The position numbers were made by a program, and so were the translations under genes. Source: a virus (taxonomy: Duplodnaviria; Caudoviricetes). Taken from it: DNA of 36,429 nucleotides. Shown here one piece after another: positions 7,977-17,127 of this stretch. The notes under the pieces were generated by a model. The model was not told the origin of the DNA. It did no database searches and saw only the letters and a list, made by a program, of their open reading frames with translations. Position 1 is the first letter of the stretch. The number at the start of each line of letters is the position of its first letter. Location: IMG/VR virus record IMGVR_UViG_3300042347_000737, positions 1-36,429 of that record; one strand, given 5' to 3'.

Positions 7977-8650
7977 ACTTTGACCACATGAAAAAACAAA
8001 CCAAAATTGACAAATGCTGGTGGGGGATGGAGCCGACAAGCGCTTGCCCGCCACAACTCAGCCGCGAAAAGGAACACGAAGCCAACATTGCGGCATGGGC
8101 TGCGAATTTGCCCGAGGATCAACGCAAGCTGGTCTTGGGGCTTCCCAAGCTAACGCCTGACACGCACGCGGTCGGCATGGAAAAGGACGCGGCAACGTGG
8201 AACGAGGCCAGCGAGTCGCCAGACATGGCCGCTGTGATGGACGCGGAATATGAGGTGCTCATGGAGCAATTCGGGCTGGCCGAGGCTCAAGCGGCTGCGG
8301 TGATGCGGTGGGCCAAAGAGCGGGAACACAACGCGACGCGCGCGGTGCAAGCGAGGGTTTTGGGAACGATCCTCGGGCAATTCCTGGGGAATAAGACGAA
8401 CGACGCCAAGGTCATGTTTTGGGCTTTAGCCTTTCAGTCGGGTTTGGCGCGCCATTTGACTAATCACAACCCGCACGGCAAAGCCAAGGAGCTGGGCGTC
8501 ACACGGGCGCTCATGAGCTATTGGCAGAAGGTTTGGGAGGACTCTTTGGGCCTGCATGACCTGACTTTCGCCAAAACGGAAGACGCGCGGGAGAAATACC
8601 GGGCCGCACGCGTGGCCTATGTGCGCAAACAAAAGGAAGCGATGGCTTAA
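7973..8650 (+). CDS. Putative transcription regulator with C-terminal HTH (alternative start 8027)
   Basis: HGKAKELGVTRALMSYWQK is HTH-like; lies between replication and packaging genes. Confidence 0.55.
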   Translation: MNFDHMKKQTKIDKCWWGMEPTSACPPQLSREKEHEANIAAWAANLPEDQRKLVLGLPKLTPDTHAVGMEKDAATWNEASESPDMAAVMDAEYEVLMEQFGLAEAQAAAVMRWAKEREHNATRAVQARVLGTILGQFLGNKTNDAKVMFWALAFQSGLARHLTNHNPHGKAKELGVTRALMSYWQKVWEDSLGLHDLTFAKTEDAREKYRAARVAYVRKQKEAMA

Positions 8651-8657
8651 TTTTCTT

Positions 8658-9320
8658 ATGAAAAACACACAACTGACAGAATACACAGTGCCGCAAGGCG
8701 TTAAGGCGACCAAAACAGCGTTGATCTTGCCAGAAGGCTTATCGACGCACCAATGGGAGGAGATTGGGCGCTTTCTTCGAGGCTCACACGATAGTCTCAT
8801 GACATGGGAGGCGGATTGGCTGCGCTATGGTCGCAGCAATTACGACGAAGCAACGGTCAGCAATGCGCTCACGCAACTGGAGTTTCCGCTCCATGCGTTG
8901 GAGCGATTCCAACTGATCGCCGAGGTCGAGCCAAAGCATCGGCACCACGAACTGACAGAGGAGCATTACCTTGTCGTGGCCAAACGCTGCGAGACTGAAA
9001 AGCAGCGCGAGTCATGGCTTAACATAGCGGCCATCGAGAAGCTGACACCGCGCGAACTACAAGCCAGCATCCGCGCGAAAGAGGTTGTGCGCATCGACAT
9101 GGACAAGCGCAGCGTGTCCTTGCCCAGTCCTTACGCAGCCTTGCGCGAATACAAAGCATGGCAGCGCGAGTGGGGCGAAGGCTACAAAAAGTGCAATCCG
9201 CAGGAGCTGGATGACATTTTGGCGACGATCCGCCCGATGTTCGACTTCTACTGTGAGGTGGCGGCTTACAGGGAGAAATTGGCTAAAAATGAACATCCCC
9301 CCCGGCAAGTAATCTTTTAA
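8658..9320 (+). CDS. LmbU-like putative regulator
   Basis: LSTHQWEEIG...WEADWLRYG...RHHELTEEHY...WLNIA...LTPRELQASI matches the LmbU-family pattern as recalled; not searched. Confidence 0.5.
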   Translation: MKNTQLTEYTVPQGVKATKTALILPEGLSTHQWEEIGRFLRGSHDSLMTWEADWLRYGRSNYDEATVSNALTQLEFPLHALERFQLIAEVEPKHRHHELTEEHYLVVAKRCETEKQRESWLNIAAIEKLTPRELQASIRAKEVVRIDMDKRSVSLPSPYAALREYKAWQREWGEGYKKCNPQELDDILATIRPMFDFYCEVAAYREKLAKNEHPPRQVIF

Positions 9321-9364
9321 ACCTGTTGGCGCCTCGGGGTTTGGGCGTCATTTGGTGTTAATTT

Positions 9365-9775
9365 ATGAGCGAACCGCAAAAAAATCGGACTAAGCGGGGC
9401 AAGCGAGCCAAGGTAGCCAATGCTATTCAAAAGCAGACGGGCCTTGGCCGCTCGCAGTCTTTCAAATTGGCCGGCGAGGTGGAGGACATCGCCAAAGTTA
9501 AAGATCTGACTGAGGCAAAGTTGTTGAAGGTTAAACTGGAGTGCCAGCGCATCGCTCGCCAACTGGAAATCGACAACGGCAAATATGTGGCACGAGATGA
9601 GGTGCGCGAGCAGGGGATCAAGTTGGGCGCGGTCGTTGCAGCTTGCTTAGATGCTTTAGTCGCAGTTTTGCCCGGACAACTCGAGGGATTATCTGCCGCC
9701 CAGATGGCCCCGGTAATCGAAAAAGAAGTCCACAAAGCAAGGAGCGCGATGGCTGATGCTTGCACCGGGATTTAG
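9365..9775 (+). CDS. terS: Terminase small subunit (Nu1-like)
   Basis: Directly upstream of and overlapping terL; EAKLLKVKLE...LEIDNGKYV coiled coil. Confidence 0.7.
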   Translation: MSEPQKNRTKRGKRAKVANAIQKQTGLGRSQSFKLAGEVEDIAKVKDLTEAKLLKVKLECQRIARQLEIDNGKYVARDEVREQGIKLGAVVAACLDALVAVLPGQLEGLSAAQMAPVIEKEVHKARSAMADACTGI

Positions 9776-11474
9776 CGAAAGCGTTAAGACGGGAGACCGC
9801 CTTGGCATTGTCGATTGGATTGAAGCCAACGTCGAACTGCCGCACTCGGCCCGCAACCCGCGCTTCCGTAGGGAGACGGCTCCGTGGCTAAATCGCCCTC
9901 TGGAAGAAATCGCCAAAGACACCAACGACGAGGTAGTGATTTGCGCCCCGGTAGGGTCGGGAAAAACAACTCTCTTTGAGTGCTTGCTGGCATGGGTGGT
10001 AGCGCAAGCGCCGGGGCCGTCACTGTTTGCGGGGCAGACAGACGAGCTTTCAAAAGAGTGGGCTGAGACGCGGCTTGGCCCAGTGTTTGAAGCATCGGCT
10101 CCCGTGGCGAGGCTTTTTCCCCGAGATCGGCACGCCAAACGCAAAACCGAAATTTTATTCCCCCACATGCCGCTATTCATCGGCGGCGCCAACATTAGCA
10201 ACCTGCAAGAAAAATCTATCCGCTGGTGTATCGGTGACGAAGTGTGGCGGTGGAAGCATGGCATGGTTGAAGAGTTCCGCCGTCGCACTCATGACCGTTG
10301 GAACAGCCGCGTGGTTTTGGTGAGCCAGGGCGGCGAGGAGGGCGACGACTTTCACGCAGCACAAGACCTTTGCGAGCAGTGGCAGTGGCAATGGTGTTGC
10401 CCGCATTGCCAGCGCCGCCAGCCGTGGCGATTTGAGATGGTGCGCTTTGAACGCGAACGCAAGCCCGATGGAAGCATGGATTGGGAGCGGCTGGCCGCGA
10501 CAACCCACATGCTTTGCGCTGGGTGCGACGCCCGATTTGAAGACACGGCAGAAACGCGCCGACAGCTGTCCGCCTCGAGCGATTACATCAAAGTGGCTGA
10601 CGGCATGAACGGGCGGTTGGCCTTCAACTGGAACGCGCTGGCCGTGTGGTGGATTGGGTGGGGCAAGCTCGCTGCCGAATGGGTGAGAGCTGAAGAAGCG
10701 TGGCAACGCGGCGACCGCGAACCGCGCAAGCAATTCCTGCAAAAGCGCATGGCGCAGCGGTGGGAAGACCGAACCGCGCATGTGAGCGACGATGCGGTGG
10801 TTGCTTTGCGCAACCCATCTTACAAACGCGGCCAGATGCCGGTTGCCCCGGCATTGGTGACATTTTGCGCCGACCCAGGACAAATGCAGACACACTGGTC
10901 GGTCATGGCGTGGACAGCGCAAGGGGAAGGCTACATCGTCGAATACGGCACGACCTTTGCCATTGAAGATTTGATCGGCATTGCCTCTCGCATGGAATGG
11001 CCGCTGGAAGGGCGCGACGATCCGGCCCGAGTCATGTGCGGATTGATTGACTCCGGCGACTTTACCGAGCGCGTTTATGCGACGTGCGCGCGGTCGGGCG
11101 GCTTGTTCTTTCCGTCCAAGGGATCGGCAGCACAGGCCGGAACGTGGGACGCCTCGCACTTAAAAGACTATCCGACCCTTGTCCTTTACCGCTACGTGGA
11201 CTTTTCGGCCAAGGTCGCGCTTTACATCGAGCGAATCGCCAAAAAAGCCCCGCCATTGATTCACTTCCCCAGCGATGCCAGTGAAGACTTTTTGCTTGGC
11301 CACATGGGGCAAAAGATCATCGAGAGCGAAAAGACCAAAGGCCGAGTCTGGAAGAAGGTCGCAGGCGACCACTACGGCGACTGCACCAAGCTCCACCTTG
11401 TCACGTGGTGGGTAATGCGCACGCACTTTGAGGAAGCCGAGCCCGAACCTTTGACAGCCGCCCCAGAGACATGA
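9756..11474 (+). CDS. terL: Terminase large subunit, lambda gpA family
   Basis: TAPWL, Walker A APVGSGKT, Walker B IGDEV, CPHC/CAGC zinc motif, LIDSG, DHYGDC nuclease end. Confidence 0.92.
   Translation: MLAPGFSESVKTGDRLGIVDWIEANVELPHSARNPRFRRETAPWLNRPLEEIAKDTNDEVVICAPVGSGKTTLFECLLAWVVAQAPGPSLFAGQTDELSKEWAETRLGPVFEASAPVARLFPRDRHAKRKTEILFPHMPLFIGGANISNLQEKSIRWCIGDEVWRWKHGMVEEFRRRTHDRWNSRVVLVSQGGEEGDDFHAAQDLCEQWQWQWCCPHCQRRQPWRFEMVRFERERKPDGSMDWERLAATTHMLCAGCDARFEDTAETRRQLSASSDYIKVADGMNGRLAFNWNALAVWWIGWGKLAAEWVRAEEAWQRGDREPRKQFLQKRMAQRWEDRTAHVSDDAVVALRNPSYKRGQMPVAPALVTFCADPGQMQTHWSVMAWTAQGEGYIVEYGTTFAIEDLIGIASRMEWPLEGRDDPARVMCGLIDSGDFTERVYATCARSGGLFFPSKGSAAQAGTWDASHLKDYPTLVLYRYVDFSAKVALYIERIAKKAPPLIHFPSDASEDFLLGHMGQKIIESEKTKGRVWKKVAGDHYGDCTKLHLVTWWVMRTHFEEAEPEPLTAAPET
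11450..11470 (+). promoter_or_regulatory. TTTGACA late motif, 14 nt before ATG 11471
   Basis: TTTGACAgccgccccagagacATG. Confidence 0.7.
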
Positions 11475-11764
11475 CCTCCGAACTGGCCGGCATCCGCAAA
11501 TATCTCAAGCGGACAAAGAATCTATCGCAGTTGAAAAAGCTTGCTGACGAGCTTTACACGATCGCCGACAGCGAAGTGGTCATCACCAACGCGGGATTTG
11601 AGGGCGGCAGCACCAGCGGGCAGGCGCGGCGATACAGCAAGGCCGACATGCTCAACATCGTCGAAGACTTGATTGCCCAGATCGACCCCACGACTGTGGC
11701 CACCCAAGTCCGCAGCGCGGGCATGGTCTATGCCGATTACAGCGAATCCCTCGCGCGGCTCTGA
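11471..11764 (+). CDS. Putative head-tail joining protein (gpW position)
   Basis: Small ORF between terL and portal, as in lambda. Confidence 0.55.
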   Translation: MTSELAGIRKYLKRTKNLSQLKKLADELYTIADSEVVITNAGFEGGSTSGQARRYSKADMLNIVEDLIAQIDPTTVATQVRSAGMVYADYSESLARL

Positions 11765-11766
11765 CG

Positions 11767-11786
11767 TTTGACACATCCGCCCGAGC
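11767..11786 (+). promoter_or_regulatory. TTTGACA late motif, 13 nt before GTG 11787
   Basis: TTTGACAcatccgcccgagcGTG. Confidence 0.75.
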
Positions 11787-13289
11787 GTGGCGGAAATCAA
11801 AGCAAAATCAAAGCGCGGCGGGTATCGCCCGAACGCGGGGCGACCCAAGAAAAGCGCGGCCAAAAATGCCGCCTTTGAAGCTGCCGAGCTTTACCAGCCG
11901 GGGCGGACGCTCATTTACATGCCGACGGTCGAGCCTCGGCAGGAGTTCCAGAGCGGCACGCGCACCAACATCATGCGCAAAGCGCGCTGGCTCTATAACA
12001 ACGTCGGGCTCGCTGCCCGCGCGGTGGATGGCGTGGCTCGCTACACCTGTGGCACCGGCATCATCCCCGCCGCCCGCACCTCCGACGAAGCATGGAACAA
12101 GCAAGCCGAGGAACTTTTTGAGGATAGCTGTGGGCGCGAGGCGTTCGGCTTCGACGCGGCAGGACAGGTCAACTTCTACGAGGCGCAAAATTTCATCGTT
12201 CGCCATGTCGCCATCGACGGCGATTTCTTTGCCCAATTCGTCAAAAGCGACAACGGGCGCGCGCTCGTGCGTTTCATCGGCGCGGAGTCGGTCGGCAACG
12301 CTACGACCGGCCTTAATCAGGATGAATGGCAAGACGGCGTGCGCTCCGATAAATACGGCAAGCCCACGCAATACCGCCTGCTTACGAGCGAAGACCGCAG
12401 CAAATTCACCGACGTATCAGCCGACGACATCCTGCACTTCCGCCGCCCCGCGCGCATCGGCTACACCCGCAGCCCGTCTTGGTTGTCCCGTGCGGCCCTG
12501 CATTTGCACGACATGGCCGACATCGTCGCCTTCACCAAGCAGACGTTCAAACTCGCCAGCCAACCCGCTTTTATCATCGAGTCGCCCGACGCCATGCAGA
12601 TCGGCATGGGCGCCGCACTCAAAAAGCAAGACCAAGGATCGGGCAGCGTCACCATCGACAAGCTCTATGGCCAGAGCGGTGTCATGCAGTTGCCGCCCGG
12701 CACCAAGCTCCAACAGTTTAAGAACGAGCACCCCGGCAATAACTTTCAAGCGTTCCTCGATTTCCTCGCCCGCGACATCTCATGGGGCATCGGCCTTTCG
12801 CCCGAGATGCTCTGGAGCGTGGCCGGCATCGGCGGGGCCAATACGCGTTATGTGCTGGCCGACGCCCAGGTGTTTTTCTCCGAGTTGCAAGACTGGCTGG
12901 TCAATCAATTCTGCCGTCGCTTTTGGAAATACTGGGTGTGGTCGGAGATCCAAGCCGGTCGTCTTCCGTTGCGCGAGGATTGGTGGAGGGTAGATTTCAT
13001 CACCCCCGCCCGCGCCACGGTGGACTTCGGGCGCGACACCAAAGCCCTCCTTGAGATTGTCCGCACCGGGGCCATGTCCACCCGCCGCTTTGCCGAGATG
13101 CACGGTCTGGACGAAGAAGCCGAGGAAGACGCGGCCATTGCCGCTGCCGTTCGCCGCAAGCAAAAGTGCGAAGCCGCAGGCTTGGCCGTCACCGATGTTT
13201 TCCCCCCAGCGCCCGGCTCGCCGATTCCGCCGTCCGCCGCACCGGCTGACGATGCGGAAGGCGAAGCCGCACTCACCTCCGACGTTTGA
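11787..13289 (+). CDS. Portal protein, lambda family
   Basis: RKARWLYNN, IDGDFF, DGV...YGKP..Y, ILH...R and LPPG patterns; synteny. Confidence 0.9.
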   Translation: MAEIKAKSKRGGYRPNAGRPKKSAAKNAAFEAAELYQPGRTLIYMPTVEPRQEFQSGTRTNIMRKARWLYNNVGLAARAVDGVARYTCGTGIIPAARTSDEAWNKQAEELFEDSCGREAFGFDAAGQVNFYEAQNFIVRHVAIDGDFFAQFVKSDNGRALVRFIGAESVGNATTGLNQDEWQDGVRSDKYGKPTQYRLLTSEDRSKFTDVSADDILHFRRPARIGYTRSPSWLSRAALHLHDMADIVAFTKQTFKLASQPAFIIESPDAMQIGMGAALKKQDQGSGSVTIDKLYGQSGVMQLPPGTKLQQFKNEHPGNNFQAFLDFLARDISWGIGLSPEMLWSVAGIGGANTRYVLADAQVFFSELQDWLVNQFCRRFWKYWVWSEIQAGRLPLREDWWRVDFITPARATVDFGRDTKALLEIVRTGAMSTRRFAEMHGLDEEAEEDAAIAAAVRRKQKCEAAGLAVTDVFPPAPGSPIPPSAAPADDAEGEAALTSDV

Positions 13290-13304
13290 CACAAGCGGCC
13301 AAGC
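13285..13304 (+). promoter_or_regulatory. TTTGACA late motif, 13 nt before ATG 13305
   Basis: TTTGACAcaagcggccaagcATG; contains the portal stop codon. Confidence 0.75.
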
Positions 13305-14408
13305 ATGGCCCGAAAATGGTATGCGTTTAAGAACATTGCCGACGAAAGCGGCGAGGTTGAACTTTCTATCTACGACGAGATCGGCGCTTGGGGCGTCGGC
13401 GCAAAGCAGTTCATCGCCGAACTCAAACGCTACAAAGGCCAGCATATCCATCTGCGCCTCAACTCCCCCGGTGGCGAGATCATCGAAGGCAGCGCGATCT
13501 ACAACGCGCTCACCCGCCACGAAGGCGGCTTGACCGTTCACATCGACGCCTTGGCCGCGAGCATGGCCAGCGTCATCGCCATGGCGGGCGACCCCGTTTA
13601 CATGGCCGACAACGCCCTGCTGATGATCCACAACCCGTGGACCATGGCCGCCGGTGAGGCCGAAGACCTCCGCAAGCAAGCCGACCTGTTGGACACCATG
13701 AAGTCCAACCTTGTCCGCGCTTACCAAAAGAAAACCGGCATGGAGGAAAAAGCCATCGCCAAGCTGATGGACGAAGAGACCTGGCTCGATGCCACCGAAG
13801 CCGCCGCGCTTGGGTTTATCGACGCCATCGAAGACGGCATCCCCGCCGCCGCCAGCGCCTCCGATATGCGCGCGCGGTTTGACAATTTCCGCAAGGCCAT
13901 GACCGTGAAAAATTCCGTCGTGTCCGAAGCCGAGGTGATCGCCTCGGAAGCCCCCGCCATTGAAGCCGAAGCCGCGCCGGTCGTGGAGTCGGTCACCGAT
14001 TCACCCGCCGCACCCGCCGTCGTTGCCGAGGAGCCGCAGGCCGACGCATCCGCCGAAGAGATCGCCGCCCTCAAGCAAGAGGTTGAGCGCCTCATCGCCG
14101 AAAGCGCCAGCAAGGACGAGGAGATCAACGCGCTCAAAGCCGAAGTTGCCGCGCGTGAAAGCGAGGCCGAAAAAGCCTCCGCCGAATTTTCCAAGCTCAA
14201 AGAAGCGCATGCCGCCCTCGAGCGCGGCATGGGCGTTGCCTCCGCCTCGGTTGTCCCGTCCATGAGCAAAGAGGACAAGTCCGATCCCGTCGCCGAGTGG
14301 ATGGACGCCATCGAGCGCAAGGACTACGCCGCCGCCGGCAAACTTTACGCCTCCCACAAGCGCGCCATCTGGGCCGCCCGCGAACGACTTTCCAAGGCCA
14401 CCAGCTGA
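13305..14408 (+). CDS. ClpP-like head maturation protease with C-terminal scaffold region
   Basis: LNSPGG, AASMAS, MIHNPW, ETWL, GFID; Ala/Glu-rich coiled-coil C-terminus. Confidence 0.92.
   Translation: MARKWYAFKNIADESGEVELSIYDEIGAWGVGAKQFIAELKRYKGQHIHLRLNSPGGEIIEGSAIYNALTRHEGGLTVHIDALAASMASVIAMAGDPVYMADNALLMIHNPWTMAAGEAEDLRKQADLLDTMKSNLVRAYQKKTGMEEKAIAKLMDEETWLDATEAAALGFIDAIEDGIPAAASASDMRARFDNFRKAMTVKNSVVSEAEVIASEAPAIEAEAAPVVESVTDSPAAPAVVAEEPQADASAEEIAALKQEVERLIAESASKDEEINALKAEVAARESEAEKASAEFSKLKEAHAALERGMGVASASVVPSMSKEDKSDPVAEWMDAIERKDYAAAGKLYASHKRAIWAARERLSKATS
13878..13898 (+). promoter_or_regulatory. TTTGACA late motif inside the protease gene, 14 nt before in-frame ATG 13899
   Basis: TTTGACAatttccgcaaggccATG. 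Confidence 0.65.
13899..14408 (+). CDS. Nested in-frame scaffolding protein (Nu3-like), 169 aa
   Basis: In-frame ATG just after the ClpP domain, preceded by the late motif; acidic coiled coil. Confidence 0.6.
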   Translation: MTVKNSVVSEAEVIASEAPAIEAEAAPVVESVTDSPAAPAVVAEEPQADASAEEIAALKQEVERLIAESASKDEEINALKAEVAARESEAEKASAEFSKLKEAHAALERGMGVASASVVPSMSKEDKSDPVAEWMDAIERKDYAAAGKLYASHKRAIWAARERLSKATS

Positions 14409-14452
14409 GGAATCCCCCAAACAAAACCAACCCCAAACAAACCAACTAAAAT

Positions 14453-15304
14453 ATGGCTAACGCATTCGATTCGGGACTGGTGGTCTCCACCATCTCGCAG
14501 CAAGTCCAGACGGTCTTGGCTAACCGCCTCGCCCCTCTGCGACTCTTCACAACTGACTTCTCCAACGAGGTCAAAAAGCCCAAGGACACCATCCAAGTTC
14601 CCATTGTGTCGGCGACAGCCGCCACAGCGGTCAACCCCACCAACTTCGAGCCCGGCTCGGACGTGACCGTGGGTAAAGCCACCGTCACATTGGATCACGT
14701 TGTTCAGTTTTTCGGCATTAGCCAAAGCGACCTCGCCCTCGGCCATCGCCTCGAAAACCTCATCAAGATCAACGTCGATGCCTTGGCCGACAAACTCTGG
14801 TCCATCGCCATCACGCCGATCACCACGGTCAACTACGGGGCGGCCTCGGTCACCACGACCACGATCACTCCCGGCAGCGGCCACTTGGCTACGCTGTGGA
14901 GCGCCCTCTCCAAGTCCCCAAACAAGGGCTTGGTGGTCACTCCCTCGATCTACTCGGCGCTCATCCCGACCAACGCGGACTTCCTCCCGTTGCAGAACGG
15001 AGCCTACGGGTTCGACCAGGGCATCTACTACGCCAACAGTTTCAGCGGCGCGGTCGCGGGCCTCGACGGCTTCGCCTGCTCGCGTGAAGCGGTGTGCGTG
15101 GCCTCGGCTCAACCGGCCATCGACCCTGCCGTCTCCTCGCAGTTCCAGATCAGCAACCAAGTGGTGACTCTGGATCAACTCGGACTCTCCGTTTACTGGA
15201 ACGTCTGGGGCAGCACCAACAACCGCCAAGTCAACGCCTCCATCGAAGTCATGTTCGGTGCGGGAGCCGGTGTCACCAGCGGCACGATGGCGCTCATCAT
15301 CTAA
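14453..15304 (+). CDS. Major capsid protein
   Basis: Follows protease/scaffold and is followed by a strong terminator; FTTDFS...DTIQVP N-terminal pattern of coat proteins. Confidence 0.8.
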   Translation: MANAFDSGLVVSTISQQVQTVLANRLAPLRLFTTDFSNEVKKPKDTIQVPIVSATAATAVNPTNFEPGSDVTVGKATVTLDHVVQFFGISQSDLALGHRLENLIKINVDALADKLWSIAITPITTVNYGAASVTTTTITPGSGHLATLWSALSKSPNKGLVVTPSIYSALIPTNADFLPLQNGAYGFDQGIYYANSFSGAVAGLDGFACSREAVCVASAQPAIDPAVSSQFQISNQVVTLDQLGLSVYWNVWGSTNNRQVNASIEVMFGAGAGVTSGTMALII

Positions 15305-15319
15305 GTCTGTGTGTTCATC

Positions 15320-15354
15320 CTCCCGGCGGTCTGAGTGGTCCGCCGGGAGTTTTT
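15320..15354 (+). terminator. Rho-independent terminator after the capsid gene
   Basis: CTCCCGGCGG/CCGCCGGGAG stem followed by TTTTT. Confidence 0.85.
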
Positions 15355-15362
15355 AACAATTA

Positions 15363-15414
15363 GGGTTTCGACCCAAAGGGTCACGGTTCCACTCGCCGTG
15401 GCCCTTTCCTTTTT
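15363..15414 (+). terminator. TTCG-tetraloop hairpin plus a second terminator-like hairpin
   Basis: GGGT-TTCG-ACCC, then AAAGGGTCACGG/CCGTGGCCCTTT followed by CCTTTTT. Confidence 0.55.
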
Positions 15415-15420
15415 GAACCA

Positions 15421-17127
15421 GTGGCAAAAATTCACCTTGGGATCATTTGTGGGAACGAAGCGGACTACATCAACCGCTTCCTCGACAGCTTCCAGCCGCA
15501 CGTAGATTCGATCAGCGTCGTTCGCGCGGTAGGCAACCAGATGCCCGACCGCACCTTGGACATTGCCCGCGCGCGCGGTTGCATTACCGGCGAGTATTTC
15601 AACGCACCGGGCAACGACTGGCCGCACGTGGACAACTTTGCCGCCGCGCGCAACCAGACCTTTGCCTTGGCTCCCGCCGATGCCGAATGGCTCATGTGGG
15701 CCGATTGCGACGACCTGCTGGCGCCTACGGGCGCGCAAGTGCTATCCGAGATACGAGCAGGCAAGCTGGATGCGAAACAGGCCGTCTACGCCCCTTATGT
15801 GACATCCATGCAGGGCAGCTACGCACGCCGCATCCGTCTTGTGCATCGGGAAGTTTACGACCGCTGGATCAACTGCATCCACGAGGACATCGAGGTGAAG
15901 CCCGATACGCATGCCGCATGGTGCCAAGAGTTGCAAGTCATCCACATGCCGGCCGTCAACAAGCGCGGCAGCGTCGAACGCAACAAGCGCATTTTAACCG
16001 CCATCCCCGAGGACAAGCGCACCGGGCGGGAATGGTGGTTCCTTTTCCGCGAGTGTGAAATGCAAGGTGACATCACCGGCGCGTTAACCGCCGCCGTGGT
16101 GGCCACCGGCCGCGACGATCTGGCCAAAGAAGAAAAATATCTGGCTTACCTTTCGATAGGACGCTGGCTCAAAGACATCGAGGAGGCCGAGCGCCCGTTG
16201 CTTGAGGCCGTGCGACTCATGCCGCACCGCAGGGAAGGCTACGCCGAGCTTGCCAAGGTGCATCTGGCCCGTGGGGATGCCGCAAAAGCCGTGGCGTGGT
16301 GCAAGAGCATGGAAGCGCACGACGATCCCGACGATGCCTCATGGATTCACGACGCCAGCCTCTACGGTTGGCGAGCGCATGAATTGAAGTGTGCCGCGCT
16401 GGCCAAGTCGGGACGCACCAAAGAAGCCGACAAAGCCCGCCGCGAATATCGCAAACGCTACCGCCCGCGCATTGCCGTTGGGCATCCGACTTGCCGCCCG
16501 GAGCAAGCCATCAAAATGCGCGAGCTTTACCTTGAGCGCGCCGCGCGCCCGGAGCTTGTTTCCTACTGGTTTGGGGTCAACGAAGGCGACACCACCGTGG
16601 TCGAAGGCATCAAGCACTATCCGCACGCTGTCAGCGAGGCCGTGCCAGCCGGTTATTCCTCCGCCGTAGCGAACTACAACGTCGCAGCCAAAGCCGCCGC
16701 CGAGTCGGCCAAGATCGTTCTCATGGCGCAAGACGATTGCTACCCGCCGCACGGCTGGGACGAGCAAATCGTGCAAGCTATGGAACCGCACAAAGGCAAG
16801 CCGACCGTCCTGCACGTTTTCGATGGCTTCCGCCGCGACAAGATCATGGTTCTGCCCTGCTTCAACTGGCATTACTGGGCGGGGCGGCCGTGGCTGTTTA
16901 ACCCCGAGTTCGACGGGTATTGGAGCGACACCGAATGGTCGTGGCGCGCTTACAAGGAAGGCGTGGTCAAGGACGCGCGGCACATCAACTTTTATCACGA
17001 CCACCCGATTTTTACCGGCGCAAAATCGGATGCCGAATATATGCGCCAGCAAAACCCCGAAGCCGAGCGCCGAGGCCGCGCGGTCTTTGAACGGGTGGCT
17101 CCCGATGCCGTCGCCGCCGGATGGTAA
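15421..17127 (+). CDS. Glycosyltransferase: GT2 domain, TPR region and second GT-A-like domain
   Basis: GNEADYI...NFAAARN...WADCDD...IHE; TPR-like P.RREGYAELA; second domain MAQDDCYPP...WSDTE. Confidence 0.85.
   Translation: MAKIHLGIICGNEADYINRFLDSFQPHVDSISVVRAVGNQMPDRTLDIARARGCITGEYFNAPGNDWPHVDNFAAARNQTFALAPADAEWLMWADCDDLLAPTGAQVLSEIRAGKLDAKQAVYAPYVTSMQGSYARRIRLVHREVYDRWINCIHEDIEVKPDTHAAWCQELQVIHMPAVNKRGSVERNKRILTAIPEDKRTGREWWFLFRECEMQGDITGALTAAVVATGRDDLAKEEKYLAYLSIGRWLKDIEEAERPLLEAVRLMPHRREGYAELAKVHLARGDAAKAVAWCKSMEAHDDPDDASWIHDASLYGWRAHELKCAALAKSGRTKEADKARREYRKRYRPRIAVGHPTCRPEQAIKMRELYLERAARPELVSYWFGVNEGDTTVVEGIKHYPHAVSEAVPAGYSSAVANYNVAAKAAAESAKIVLMAQDDCYPPHGWDEQIVQAMEPHKGKPTVLHVFDGFRRDKIMVLPCFNWHYWAGRPWLFNPEFDGYWSDTEWSWRAYKEGVVKDARHINFYHDHPIFTGAKSDAEYMRQQNPEAERRGRAVFERVAPDAVAAGW

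Noticed and set aside
9321-9364. cos site upstream of terS
   Set aside because: Plausible by position, but no recognisable cos sequence or symmetry could be supported
10173-11159. 328-aa minus-strand ORF
   Set aside because: Antisense shadow of terL in high-GC DNA; no motifs
11866-12993. 375-aa alternative-frame ORF within the portal gene
   Set aside because: Ser/Pro/Arg/Thr-rich translation typical of GC3 bias; no motifs, unlike the MTase case
12780-15229. Long minus-strand ORFs (12780-13727, 13721-14320, 14345-15229)
   Set aside because: Antisense shadows of the portal, protease and capsid genes
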